From a virus: DNA of 64,000 bases. This document shows positions 1 through 8,654 of this stretch, in pieces (position 1 is the first letter of the stretch; every line of letters begins with the position of its first letter). A program made the position numbers and the translations under genes. The DNA lies in the IMG/VR virus record IMGVR_UViG_3300024051_000003, positions 13,120 to 77,119 of that record, one strand, 5' to 3'. The notes under the pieces were generated by a model. It was not told the origin of the DNA. It saw only the letters and a list, made by a program, of their open reading frames with translations, and ran no database searches.

Positions 1-145
1 TACCGATGAAGTCTTTTGGCATGCCTTGGCTTGGGTGTGCGTAGGATCCGTAGATGATCTCATCCTTCGCGTAGATAACCATGCCTCTGGGGGCTTTACC
101 GCGTCGGGTTGGGCGTCCGTTTACGGTGCGGGGGATCTGCTTCAT
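1..145 (-). CDS. partial hypothetical protein (runs off the window start)
   Basis: ATG at 145 (minus strand) reads MKQIPRTVNGRPTRRGKAPRGMVIYAKDEIIYGSY... with no stop before position 1. Confidence 0.4.
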   Translation of the reverse strand, partial: MKQIPRTVNGRPTRRGKAPRGMVIYAKDEIIYGSYAHPSQGMPKDFIG

Positions 146-191
146 GCCTTTAGTTTCCGCAGAAAACCGGGTGTGGTCTTGTTTTGATTCA

Positions 192-207
192 TTGGATGAC
201 CGTTTGA
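192..207. promoter_or_regulatory. copy of the recurrent quasi-palindromic motif TCAAAYGRYCRTTTGA, overlapping a possible -35 (ATGACC 196-201, N17, TACCAT 219-224)
   Basis: ttggatgaccgtttga; the right half GRYCRTTTGA recurs at six other intergenic sites. Confidence 0.5.
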
Positions 208-284
208 TAATGCTGGTATACCATGTCGATGAATTGGGTGATTAACCCGCGCCCCTTCATGGGGCTTCCTGAAAGGAGCGCCAC

Positions 285-1766
285 ATGGCTCTCAAGGGTG
301 GCAGTATGATCTTCACGGGGCGCAACGTGCTCATGGAGCGTCTCGCATCCGCTGGTCCAGGTACGATTAACATCCCCAGCGAGAAGATCTACGAAGTTGG
401 TAACTATGAGTCGTTGGCTACCATTTTCGATAAGCCTGAGATTACTTTTACGGCTGAGTCCATTGACTGCACGACCTCTATGGAGGCCATGCTTCTGGAC
501 GTTCCTCCTTCAACTCTGACCGCTTTGGACCTTGCGCGGTCTCGTCCGATTAATGTGAACACTGAGATTAAGCCGGGTAAGAAGGCTGCTGATCCGTTCA
601 AGGTGATGCGTTCGGTGTCCATTCCTTACTTAACTGTTGAGTCGGTGTCGTACCGTTTTGGTCTGCGTGATAACGCGACTCAAACGTTCACGCTCCGTGG
701 TGACAGCATCTACTACAACCAGGGTGCTGCTGTTGAGGAGATCTTCACTGGTTCCGGTGTTGCAGGCCAGAAGGTCACGACCACTCGCCCTAGCCTTCCT
801 TTCGAGGATGGTAATGGTAAGCGTTACGTTCTGGCCGTGACTGCTGGAACGCTGCTTCTGAGCCCTGGTGCTGACTACACGATGGTGAATGGCACTGTCA
901 CGGGTGATGTTGCGGCGTCTGTTGAGATCACTCTCACTAACCCTGTGGCTACCACGGACAAGATTTCGGTCGTGTACGCAACGTCTAATGTGATTGAGTA
1001 TCCTCAGTCCATCCACACTCCAGCGACTTTGAAGCCTGCTGCTGTGCGCGGTAAGGACATTGACGTGTACGTGTCGGGATACAACCCTGCCGACCCGTCA
1101 GAGACTGCTGCGAACAAGTGGACTGGCGTTCAGGCGGTCACCGTGGACTGGCGCGTGACTCTGGAAGAGGAAGAGGAGTTCGGTAACTACAACGCCGTTT
1201 CTCGTGACTTTGACGTTCCTGAGGTGTCGGGAACTATTGACATTCTCCCTCGTGACCCTGATGACTTGATCCGTAAGATCAAGCAGACGTCGGGCGTGAA
1301 CTCCACTGCTGCTTCTATTGGCCCAGCAACTGCCGTTCCTTTGGATCTGGACATCATCATCAAGGATGGCCAGAACGGTGGTGTCACCATGAAGCGCCTG
1401 CACGTGGGTGACGCGAAGTTCAAACTTCCGGGCTACCAGCCTCGCCCAAACACGAACACCACGATGACCATTGAGTGGGAGTCGGATACTGGTGTTCTGG
1501 AGATCTACCGTGACCTTACTGCGCCTCGCCTTGTGAGCATTGAGCCTGCTACGGGTGAAGCTGATGATGAGGTTAAGATCTACGGCGTCAACTTTGTTGG
1601 CGTGTCGTCTGTGAAGTTCGGTAGCGTTGAGGCTACGTTTGTTGTCGAGTCTGACCGCGAGTTGACGGTGACTGTTCCAGCCGGTACTGACACTGTTGAT
1701 GTGACGATCACGAACTCGGAAGGCACTTCGGAAGTTGTTGCTGGCGGGTCGTTCGTTTACGCGTAA
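285..1766 (+). CDS. major tail (tube) protein with C-terminal IPT/TIG Ig-like domain
   Basis: RBS aaaggag; lies upstream of the chaperone and tape measure genes; C-terminal 'PRLVSIEPATG...VKIYGVNF.GVSSVKFG...SDRELTVTVP' is an IPT/TIG pattern. Confidence 0.8.
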   Translation: MALKGGSMIFTGRNVLMERLASAGPGTINIPSEKIYEVGNYESLATIFDKPEITFTAESIDCTTSMEAMLLDVPPSTLTALDLARSRPINVNTEIKPGKKAADPFKVMRSVSIPYLTVESVSYRFGLRDNATQTFTLRGDSIYYNQGAAVEEIFTGSGVAGQKVTTTRPSLPFEDGNGKRYVLAVTAGTLLLSPGADYTMVNGTVTGDVAASVEITLTNPVATTDKISVVYATSNVIEYPQSIHTPATLKPAAVRGKDIDVYVSGYNPADPSETAANKWTGVQAVTVDWRVTLEEEEEFGNYNAVSRDFDVPEVSGTIDILPRDPDDLIRKIKQTSGVNSTAASIGPATAVPLDLDIIIKDGQNGGVTMKRLHVGDAKFKLPGYQPRPNTNTTMTIEWESDTGVLEIYRDLTAPRLVSIEPATGEADDEVKIYGVNFVGVSSVKFGSVEATFVVESDRELTVTVPAGTDTVDVTITNSEGTSEVVAGGSFVYA

Positions 1767-1780
1767 CGTCGATTCATGGT

Positions 1781-1814
1781 GGGGTCGGAGGTGTTTCCTC
1801 CGGCCCCATTTTTT
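1781..1814 (+). terminator. rho-independent terminator
   Basis: ggggtcggagg/cctccggcccc stem followed by a T-tract. Confidence 0.8.
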
Positions 1815-1844
1815 GTGGGTGGAATTGGATTGAGGAGTTCTCTG

Positions 1845-2612
1845 ATGGGCAAGCTTTCTAAGCTGAAGAAGGTCCAGGATTTGTTTGTTACGGGGGTCGA
1901 ACTTGAGGTTCCCGAGGCTGGTTTGACGTTCTGGGTGCAGGCTTTGTCTTCATTTGAGCGTCAGCAGACGCACGAGGATGCTCGTGTTGCAATGCTGCTT
2001 GCGATGTCTCGCTGGGATTCATCTGAAGAGGAGCAGCAGCATTTGGAGTTGTTCTTGAAGAACACTGGAAATGCTGGTGTTGCTCGGACGATTGCGCTTG
2101 CTGAGCGAGATGAGATTCAGAACAAGGTTGTGAATGACCTTCTGTCTGAGGAGAAACTCCAGGATAAGGCTGAGTTGTGGACGAACTTCCGCGAGGAAGA
2201 CGCTACCGCTGAGGAGCGCGAGCAGTATAACGAGCTTGATGCTTGGTTTAAGGCTGAGCGGGATTTGCGCACGAACGCTTTGATTCACGAGCGTGAGGCC
2301 GAGGTTGCTGGGTGGACTCGCGGGGAGTTGGAGTCTGAGATTCGCTCGAAGTTGCGTAACGCTCGTGGTGAGGAGGCGTATGCTGTGCGGCGCCTTGAGG
2401 CTGAGATTTTGTATTCGTTGCGTAACTGTGACGCCGTGGTGTCGGTGGTTGATGAGGAGCGGACGTTTGATCATTCTCAGTGTGATCACACGGAGTTGTT
2501 TTTGGCTGAGGGCGGCATGCAGGCTGTTCGCGATCTCCCTGATGCGATGAAGGCTCTTGTGGTTGACGCTATCGCTTCTTTGAAGGTCTCTGAGGCGCAG
2601 GCGGGAAAATAG
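1845..2612 (+). CDS. tail assembly chaperone (gpG-like)
   Basis: RBS gaggag before ATG 1845; lies between the major tail and tape measure genes; ends in the slippery heptamer. Confidence 0.8.
   Translation: MGKLSKLKKVQDLFVTGVELEVPEAGLTFWVQALSSFERQQTHEDARVAMLLAMSRWDSSEEEQQHLELFLKNTGNAGVARTIALAERDEIQNKVVNDLLSEEKLQDKAELWTNFREEDATAEEREQYNELDAWFKAERDLRTNALIHEREAEVAGWTRGELESEIRSKLRNARGEEAYAVRRLEAEILYSLRNCDAVVSVVDEERTFDHSQCDHTELFLAEGGMQAVRDLPDAMKALVVDAIASLKVSEAQAGK
2603..2609 (+). other. programmed -1 ribosomal frameshift site G GGA AAA
   Basis: X XXY YYZ heptamer immediately before TAG; the -1 frame is open and continuous with ORF 2630-2941. Confidence 0.85.
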
Positions 2613-2941
2613 GTCGGTCCCACGGCTTTTTGGCAGCCGTAGGGGCCGCTAAGCAGGCTGGTGGCGTGGATAGTCTCTACCCGGGTGGTAGTGCTGTGAC
2701 GGCGCCGTATGCCCTTGTGGTGGCTGTGAATGAGGCGTTGAGGGTTCTTGGGTATTTCGAGATGCCTTTGGATGATCAGCCACCTCGCCATATTTGGGGT
2801 AACCCGGATCGTCTTGATGAGTGGTTTAAGGCGGTTAAGCAGCGCAGGTTGAATCCGGTTAAGTCTCAGTCGATGGAAGCAATTGAGGATGCTGAAGATG
2901 ACTATCTTGACTCGGATGTTAGTGATTTGCGGAAGGTTTAG
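2609..2941 (+). CDS. tail assembly chaperone frameshift extension (gpGT-like C-terminal part)
   Basis: -1 frame from 2609 (ata ggt cgg...) is open to TAG at 2941. Confidence 0.8.
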   Translation: MGRSHGFLAAVGAAKQAGGVDSLYPGGSAVTAPYALVVAVNEALRVLGYFEMPLDDQPPRHIWGNPDRLDEWFKAVKQRRLNPVKSQSMEAIEDAEDDYLDSDVSDLRKV

Positions 2942-2961
2942 AAGATAGGAGCGTCCCCATC

Positions 2962-5900
2962 ATGGCGGATGAGTCAGAGTCCCTTGTTCTTGGTGTTGAG
3001 TATGACGGCGAGAGCGGTATTCAGCAGTTTGTTAATGCTTTGGCTCCTTTGCCTGAGCAGGTTGGCAAGGTTATGGACATCCTTGCTCGTGAGGCTACCG
3101 CTAATGGTGGTCAGATTGGTACTGAGCAGGGTAAGGCTATTGCCTCTGCGATGATTCGCGCTTTGCAGGGTGAACTGGCCGGATTGAGTCTATTTACTGG
3201 TACGGGTGGTACTGGGACTGCTCTGGATATGATGGGGATCTCTGAGGAATCCCTGAGTAATACGAAGCTTGGGCTTAAGGATATTCGGCGGATGCTGGAT
3301 GACTTTAAGCGTACTGGTATTGACGGCAAGGGGCCGGAGCAGGCGTCTTTCTCTAAGGCGAACATTCTTGGTCTACGTGACGTCCAATTGTCTGCGAATG
3401 ATGCCACCCAGGCAGAGCAGGAACTGCAGGGGGCGCTGGATCAGACCATTGCCAAATTGAGGCTTATGCGTACTGCGTATGATGCGATCCCTATCACTCG
3501 TAGTGGCAAGTTTGTTTTCTCTACTGGCGACCCTTTGGATTATCAGTTCAATGGTGCGACGATTGGTCTTTCTGATGCTGCGGGCTGGAATCTGAAGCCT
3601 GGCGATCTGATTCGCAATTCTGATGGCCTTGTTGATGTTAAGGCTACCGAGAATAAGATTTTGGATTTGATCGGGAAGAGTTTTGGTCAGATTCAGACGC
3701 AGGAAACGTATCTTCGTGAGCTTTTGGATGCGTTCCGCAAGGCCCCTATACTGTCCCATGATGCCGAGAAGGCTCAGAAGGTTCTGGCTCCACCTCCAGA
3801 AGCAATTCGTAAGGAGGCGGATGCGAAGGTTCGGGCTGAGAATACAGCGTCTCAGGATGTTGCTTCTTTGAAAAAACTGGCGCGTGCTGATGCCGCGAGC
3901 CGCTACAGGGTCGCAGAGTTGACTGCAGGCGACTGGTTCCCGGATATTCAGGCTCGCGCCACTGAATTGAATAATCTGCGGCGCGAGAGGTTGGCACGCC
4001 AGATTGAGGAGGAGAGGGTCAGTCTTAGTCCTCGGATGAGTGACGTTGAGGTTGAGCAGGAGGCTAAGCGGCGTCGCCATGCTGAAGTTGATGCTTCTCG
4101 CAGGGTTGAGGCGTATCAATCTGCCTATGACCTTCGTTCTGGTGTTGTCGAGACGGAGAGGGATAAGTTCGGGAGGACTCTTGCTGAACAGATGCTCGCG
4201 CGCGCTAAAGACGGGTTCATTCCATTCTCCCCTGAGTTTGTTCGACCTCCGACGTTCCGTGAGTCGTTCATGCAGGGTTTTGGCGGGCCACAGGATGCTC
4301 CGTTTGGCCAGATGGTTGGCCAGACCGCTCGCATCTCATTGTTCTATGGTGCCGCGTATCGCGGTTTGGCTTTGGTGCAGGATGCGATGCGTCAGGTCAC
4401 TCAGGAGTCTTTGGACTATCAGGGTGCTTTGACTGACATTTCTGTTGCCACGAACCGCTCTCGTGGTGAGATTACCGGGCTGGCTGAGGGGCTTGGGTCT
4501 ATTGCTGCGTCTGCTGGTTTTTCTGCAGTGCAGGGCGCTCAGGTTGGTGCTCGTAGCGTTGGTTTGTGGGGTTTGGCTGATGCGTCGTTGGCGGATCAGA
4601 CGAATGCTGCTGATATTACGGCTCGCGTTGCTACGCAGGTTGCTCGTGTAACGCCGGGTTCTGATTTGAATGCTGTGGCGACGCAGTTGGTTGGTACTGC
4701 TCGTGCGTTCAACTTGGGTGTTGATCAGTTGACTCGCATTCAGGATTCGTCTATTTTCATTGCCCGTCAGACGGGTCAGGATGCGCAGCCTTTGTTGGGC
4801 GCGACGGCGAATGTTGCGACGCTGGGTACGGCTGCCGGGTTCTCTCTTGAGCAACTGATGGCAATTATTGCTCAGGTTGGTACGACGACCGGGCAGAACC
4901 CTGAGGGTACCGCCGGTCAGTTCCGTCAGGTGCTGTCTCGCGAGTTCACTCCTGTTGCTCGTCGTGCTGAGGATGTTTTTGGCATTGATACGAGTGATCT
5001 TTCGACGGTTGCTCAGGTGTTGGAGCGGGTTGCTTCTGGTCCAATGTCTACGGAGCAGTTGAATCGGTTCTCTACCATTTTTGGTAAGGGTGGTTCGCAG
5101 CAGGTTGCTTTGGTGGCGTTGCAGAACTGGGATCGTATTCAGGGTTTGTCTTCTGGTGCGTCTAACGCTCAGGGCGCTGGCGAGCAGGCCTATAAGGCTG
5201 CGATGAAGGATATTGGACAGCAGTTGAGGGTGATGGGCGCCGAGTGGATGGAACTCGGTTTGATGCTCACTCAGTCTGGGGTATTGGACTGGATTGCGTT
5301 GGCGATTAAGGGTGCTACGTCGGTTGCTGAGGCGTTGCAGCTTGTTGTTGGTGCGTTTAATGAGATCCCTCGCCCTATTCGTTCTGTGGCTGCTGCAGTG
5401 GCTGAGTTTATGCTTGTGTCGCGGTTCTTGCGTTCTGGTATGGGCGCGGGGATGATTGCTTCGCTTGGTGGTGGTGCCGCGCGGACTAATGCCGCTATTC
5501 AGGCTGCTCCGGGTTTTGTTGCTAGGGCTTTTCCGACGTTTGCTGGGGTTGCTGCGCAGGCTCGTGGTGGTTTGAATACTGCGTTTGCGACGGGTGCGTA
5601 TCGCGGTATTAATGCTGTGGTTCCTGCGACTGGCCGGGCGTTTGCTGCGGTGCAGCCAGGGTTGCGTGCTGTTGGTGGCGGCAGTGCGGCAGTTGGCGCT
5701 CTGGGAATTGCTTCTGCAGCGTATATTGTTGGGGATCAACTGGTTAAGTCGTTTGAGCATGCGTCTGCTGGTGCTGATGCGTTTGGTGATGCTGCTCATT
5801 TGGCTGCTGTTGCGGTCAGCCCTGATGACTATCTGGGTGCTGCTCGTGCGGCTCGCATGGGGGCGCAGGAGGCTCGGGATTCTACGCTTTACGGCTTGAA

Positions 5901-8238
5901 GCCGGGTGATGTTGCGAATCTGATCCCTTCTATTGTCGGGTCTTTGTCCGGCGGTAATGCTCGTTCTCGTGAGTTGACTGATTTGGCCAATGAGTATGAG
6001 GCGAAGGCCGCTGAGGTTGAGGCTCGCCAGCGGCGCGTTCTGGATACTGATCCGGCTGAGGTTTTCAGTGATTTCTCGGTTGATGGTTTGGCTGAGTCTA
6101 TGAAGACTTTGGAAGACGATGGGTATTCGGCTGCTCAGCGCGTGCTGTTATTGAGTGATGCGATGTCCCGTTTGGCTGGTACTGCTGATGCTGGGAAGGT
6201 GTTTGGTTTCCGGGCTAATCAGATTGATGATGTTGCTGGTGGTATTGCTGGTGGTGTTGTTGATTCGATTGGGCGTGAGCAGGAGCGCGTTCGCTTGGTA
6301 GGGGCGGCTGCGCATGTGAATGTCTTGCGTGGCGGCAATTTATTCCAGAACGCTTTGGGTGATATTGATACTGATGCTGTTCGTGGCACCATTCAGGATC
6401 TTCTTATTAAACGTTTGTCTGCGATGGGTGATCAGATTGCCTTGAGCGATAGCGACATCAATGACATGGTTAACCTTGCTATTGGTGGCCTTGAGCATGC
6501 TGGCGGCGATGAGTATCTGAAGTTGCCGGAAGAGTCGAAGAAGGCTATTCAGAATAGCCTTTCGGGTCAGATTCGTAGGGCGTTGCAGCCGTATAGTGTT
6601 GAGTCTGTCTCTAAGGATGTTTCTGGTTTCCTTAATGAGATGATGGGCGGGGCCCAGATCTTGCGCGATGAGGCTTTGATGCGCGGGGATTCTGATGTGA
6701 GTGCTGCGCGCACTGAGATAAGCCGCCTAGATTCTGATGCTGCTTCGCTGCAGTCTCTTCAGGGCCAGGGTGTGATGACTGAGGAGGATTCGCGGCGCTT
6801 CGAGTACATTAAGCTGTTGATTCTTCAAAAGAAGCGTGAACTGGTTGGGTTGCGCCTGGCTGAGATCGACCGCCTCACTGAGTCTGCTGTTGGCGGCGTG
6901 GCTGAGGATAATGTGACTGAGCAGTTGCGGATCCGTGCTAATGGTGCCGATTCGAAGTTTAGGATTGCTGCTCGTGCGTATGGCGACTCTGTGCGGATCA
7001 ATGAGCACGGTGTTCCTGTGTTTGATGCTGAGGCCGGTCAGCAACTGTCTGCGGCGTCTAACGAGAAGTTCCAGATCGCTCAGGGGCAGGCTAAGAATGA
7101 CCTGGCTATCTTGCAGGCTCAGATGTCTAACGTTTCTCCCGGTAACGGTTTGGGTGAGGCGATGGCGAGTTACAACAGCGTCCTGGCTGCCATTAATTCG
7201 GGTATTTACACGCCCGGCGAGGCTCAAATGCTGCAGTTGCAGGCGCAGGCTACGCAGGCGGCGTTTAACGTGCGCTCTGTGCAGGTTCAGGGTGCTAACG
7301 CTAACGCTTTGGCGAACATTGACCCTCGGGCTAACTTGCAGCGGATTCAGCAGCAGGTTGCCAATGCTCGTCGCGAGATGGGTCTGTATGCCCGTTCGGA
7401 TCCTCGGTATGGGCAGTTGCGTGATCAGATCGCTCAGTTGCAGGTGCAGTATTTGGAGGGTGTTGCGAGCGAAGCTAATGCGATGGCTTCTGCGAATATT
7501 GCTGGGCACACGTCGAGTCTTGAGCAAGCTCAGGTTCAGGTGCAGAATGCGCAGCGTACTCTGAGCACCCAGTTAAGGGGCACTGAGGGCTATTACAGCG
7601 CCCTGGCGGCATTAAGGCAGGCTAAGGTTCAGTTGGCCGCTGAGGAGCGCTCACAGGCCGATAGGCAGCGTCGCCTGGGGTCGGATTTGACTGACCCTGT
7701 GGCGCAGGCTCGCCTTGATGTGCAGAAGGCTCGTGATGAGCTTCGCGCTGCCACTCGTCGCGGAGATGGGCCGGATGTGAGGAATCAGGCTGAGCTTGAT
7801 TTGCGGAACGCTCAGAACGCCGAGGAGGAGGCTGCGTTTAATCAGCGTTTGTCGGATATTCAGACGGCGAATGATCTGGGTCGTATCACTCACACGGCGT
7901 ACATGGGCTACCTGCAGTCTGAACATGACCGTTTGCAGGCTATTGGTAACCGTACTCGTCAGCAGCAGGAGCAGTTGGATCAGATTGACAAGCTGATGAA
8001 GTCTGCGGCTGAGGAGATGAATGGTCAGTTCAATATTGGTGACATTGATTTGCCGACTGTGTATGACGTGCGTCGTGCGATTGGTGCTGGCATTGGTGGT
8101 GGCGTGAATGACTATTCGAACTCGAACAATAACCTGACGATCAACGGCGCGGATTTTGCGCAGGTTGTTGAGTATATTCAGCAGTTGTTTGGTGGGGCTT
8201 CGTTCTCTACGACCACCATTAGCGGAAGGAAGGCATGA
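2962..8238 (+). CDS. tape measure protein
   Basis: 1758 aa, Ala/Gly/Gln-rich and helical, hydrophobic central segment, follows the chaperone. Confidence 0.9.
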   Translation: MADESESLVLGVEYDGESGIQQFVNALAPLPEQVGKVMDILAREATANGGQIGTEQGKAIASAMIRALQGELAGLSLFTGTGGTGTALDMMGISEESLSNTKLGLKDIRRMLDDFKRTGIDGKGPEQASFSKANILGLRDVQLSANDATQAEQELQGALDQTIAKLRLMRTAYDAIPITRSGKFVFSTGDPLDYQFNGATIGLSDAAGWNLKPGDLIRNSDGLVDVKATENKILDLIGKSFGQIQTQETYLRELLDAFRKAPILSHDAEKAQKVLAPPPEAIRKEADAKVRAENTASQDVASLKKLARADAASRYRVAELTAGDWFPDIQARATELNNLRRERLARQIEEERVSLSPRMSDVEVEQEAKRRRHAEVDASRRVEAYQSAYDLRSGVVETERDKFGRTLAEQMLARAKDGFIPFSPEFVRPPTFRESFMQGFGGPQDAPFGQMVGQTARISLFYGAAYRGLALVQDAMRQVTQESLDYQGALTDISVATNRSRGEITGLAEGLGSIAASAGFSAVQGAQVGARSVGLWGLADASLADQTNAADITARVATQVARVTPGSDLNAVATQLVGTARAFNLGVDQLTRIQDSSIFIARQTGQDAQPLLGATANVATLGTAAGFSLEQLMAIIAQVGTTTGQNPEGTAGQFRQVLSREFTPVARRAEDVFGIDTSDLSTVAQVLERVASGPMSTEQLNRFSTIFGKGGSQQVALVALQNWDRIQGLSSGASNAQGAGEQAYKAAMKDIGQQLRVMGAEWMELGLMLTQSGVLDWIALAIKGATSVAEALQLVVGAFNEIPRPIRSVAAAVAEFMLVSRFLRSGMGAGMIASLGGGAARTNAAIQAAPGFVARAFPTFAGVAAQARGGLNTAFATGAYRGINAVVPATGRAFAAVQPGLRAVGGGSAAVGALGIASAAYIVGDQLVKSFEHASAGADAFGDAAHLAAVAVSPDDYLGAARAARMGAQEARDSTLYGLKPGDVANLIPSIVGSLSGGNARSRELTDLANEYEAKAAEVEARQRRVLDTDPAEVFSDFSVDGLAESMKTLEDDGYSAAQRVLLLSDAMSRLAGTADAGKVFGFRANQIDDVAGGIAGGVVDSIGREQERVRLVGAAAHVNVLRGGNLFQNALGDIDTDAVRGTIQDLLIKRLSAMGDQIALSDSDINDMVNLAIGGLEHAGGDEYLKLPEESKKAIQNSLSGQIRRALQPYSVESVSKDVSGFLNEMMGGAQILRDEALMRGDSDVSAARTEISRLDSDAASLQSLQGQGVMTEEDSRRFEYIKLLILQKKRELVGLRLAEIDRLTESAVGGVAEDNVTEQLRIRANGADSKFRIAARAYGDSVRINEHGVPVFDAEAGQQLSAASNEKFQIAQGQAKNDLAILQAQMSNVSPGNGLGEAMASYNSVLAAINSGIYTPGEAQMLQLQAQATQAAFNVRSVQVQGANANALANIDPRANLQRIQQQVANARREMGLYARSDPRYGQLRDQIAQLQVQYLEGVASEANAMASANIAGHTSSLEQAQVQVQNAQRTLSTQLRGTEGYYSALAALRQAKVQLAAEERSQADRQRRLGSDLTDPVAQARLDVQKARDELRAATRRGDGPDVRNQAELDLRNAQNAEEEAAFNQRLSDIQTANDLGRITHTAYMGYLQSEHDRLQAIGNRTRQQQEQLDQIDKLMKSAAEEMNGQFNIGDIDLPTVYDVRRAIGAGIGGGVNDYSNSNNNLTINGADFAQVVEYIQQLFGGASFSTTTISGRKA

Positions 8239-8654
8239 TGGCGGTTCAGAGGTGGAAGTTCGTTGATTTGAGCGGGCAGATGGAGGATTACACGTTTCGT
8301 CGCAACCCGAATGCGATGACGTCACCTAATCCGTCTCGCCAGTTCACTGCTGAGCATACGTCTTCTGGTTTGGAGGGGCGTCCTCTTGTGTGGGAGGGCG
8401 CCCGCCAGTTGGCGTCATGGTCGTTCTCTGGGGTGGCGTGGACGCAGGAGGATTGGCAGGATCTGGAGAAGTGGGTGTATCGGTCGTCTTCTCGCGTTCG
8501 GGTTGAGGATCATTTGGGCCGGAAGATTGTTTCTGTGTTCACGAATGTGGAGGCCGACCTGCAGCCGGGCGTGAAGAGTGTGAATGGTATTTTGCGCCCG
8601 TATTACGGCAAGTACACGGTGTCTGCTTTGGCTTTGGAAGTGGAGGGGTTTTAG
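8235..8654 (+). CDS. minor tail protein (distal-tail-like)
   Basis: directly after the tape measure gene, ATGA overlap, 139 aa. Confidence 0.6.
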   Translation: MMAVQRWKFVDLSGQMEDYTFRRNPNAMTSPNPSRQFTAEHTSSGLEGRPLVWEGARQLASWSFSGVAWTQEDWQDLEKWVYRSSSRVRVEDHLGRKIVSVFTNVEADLQPGVKSVNGILRPYYGKYTVSALALEVEGF

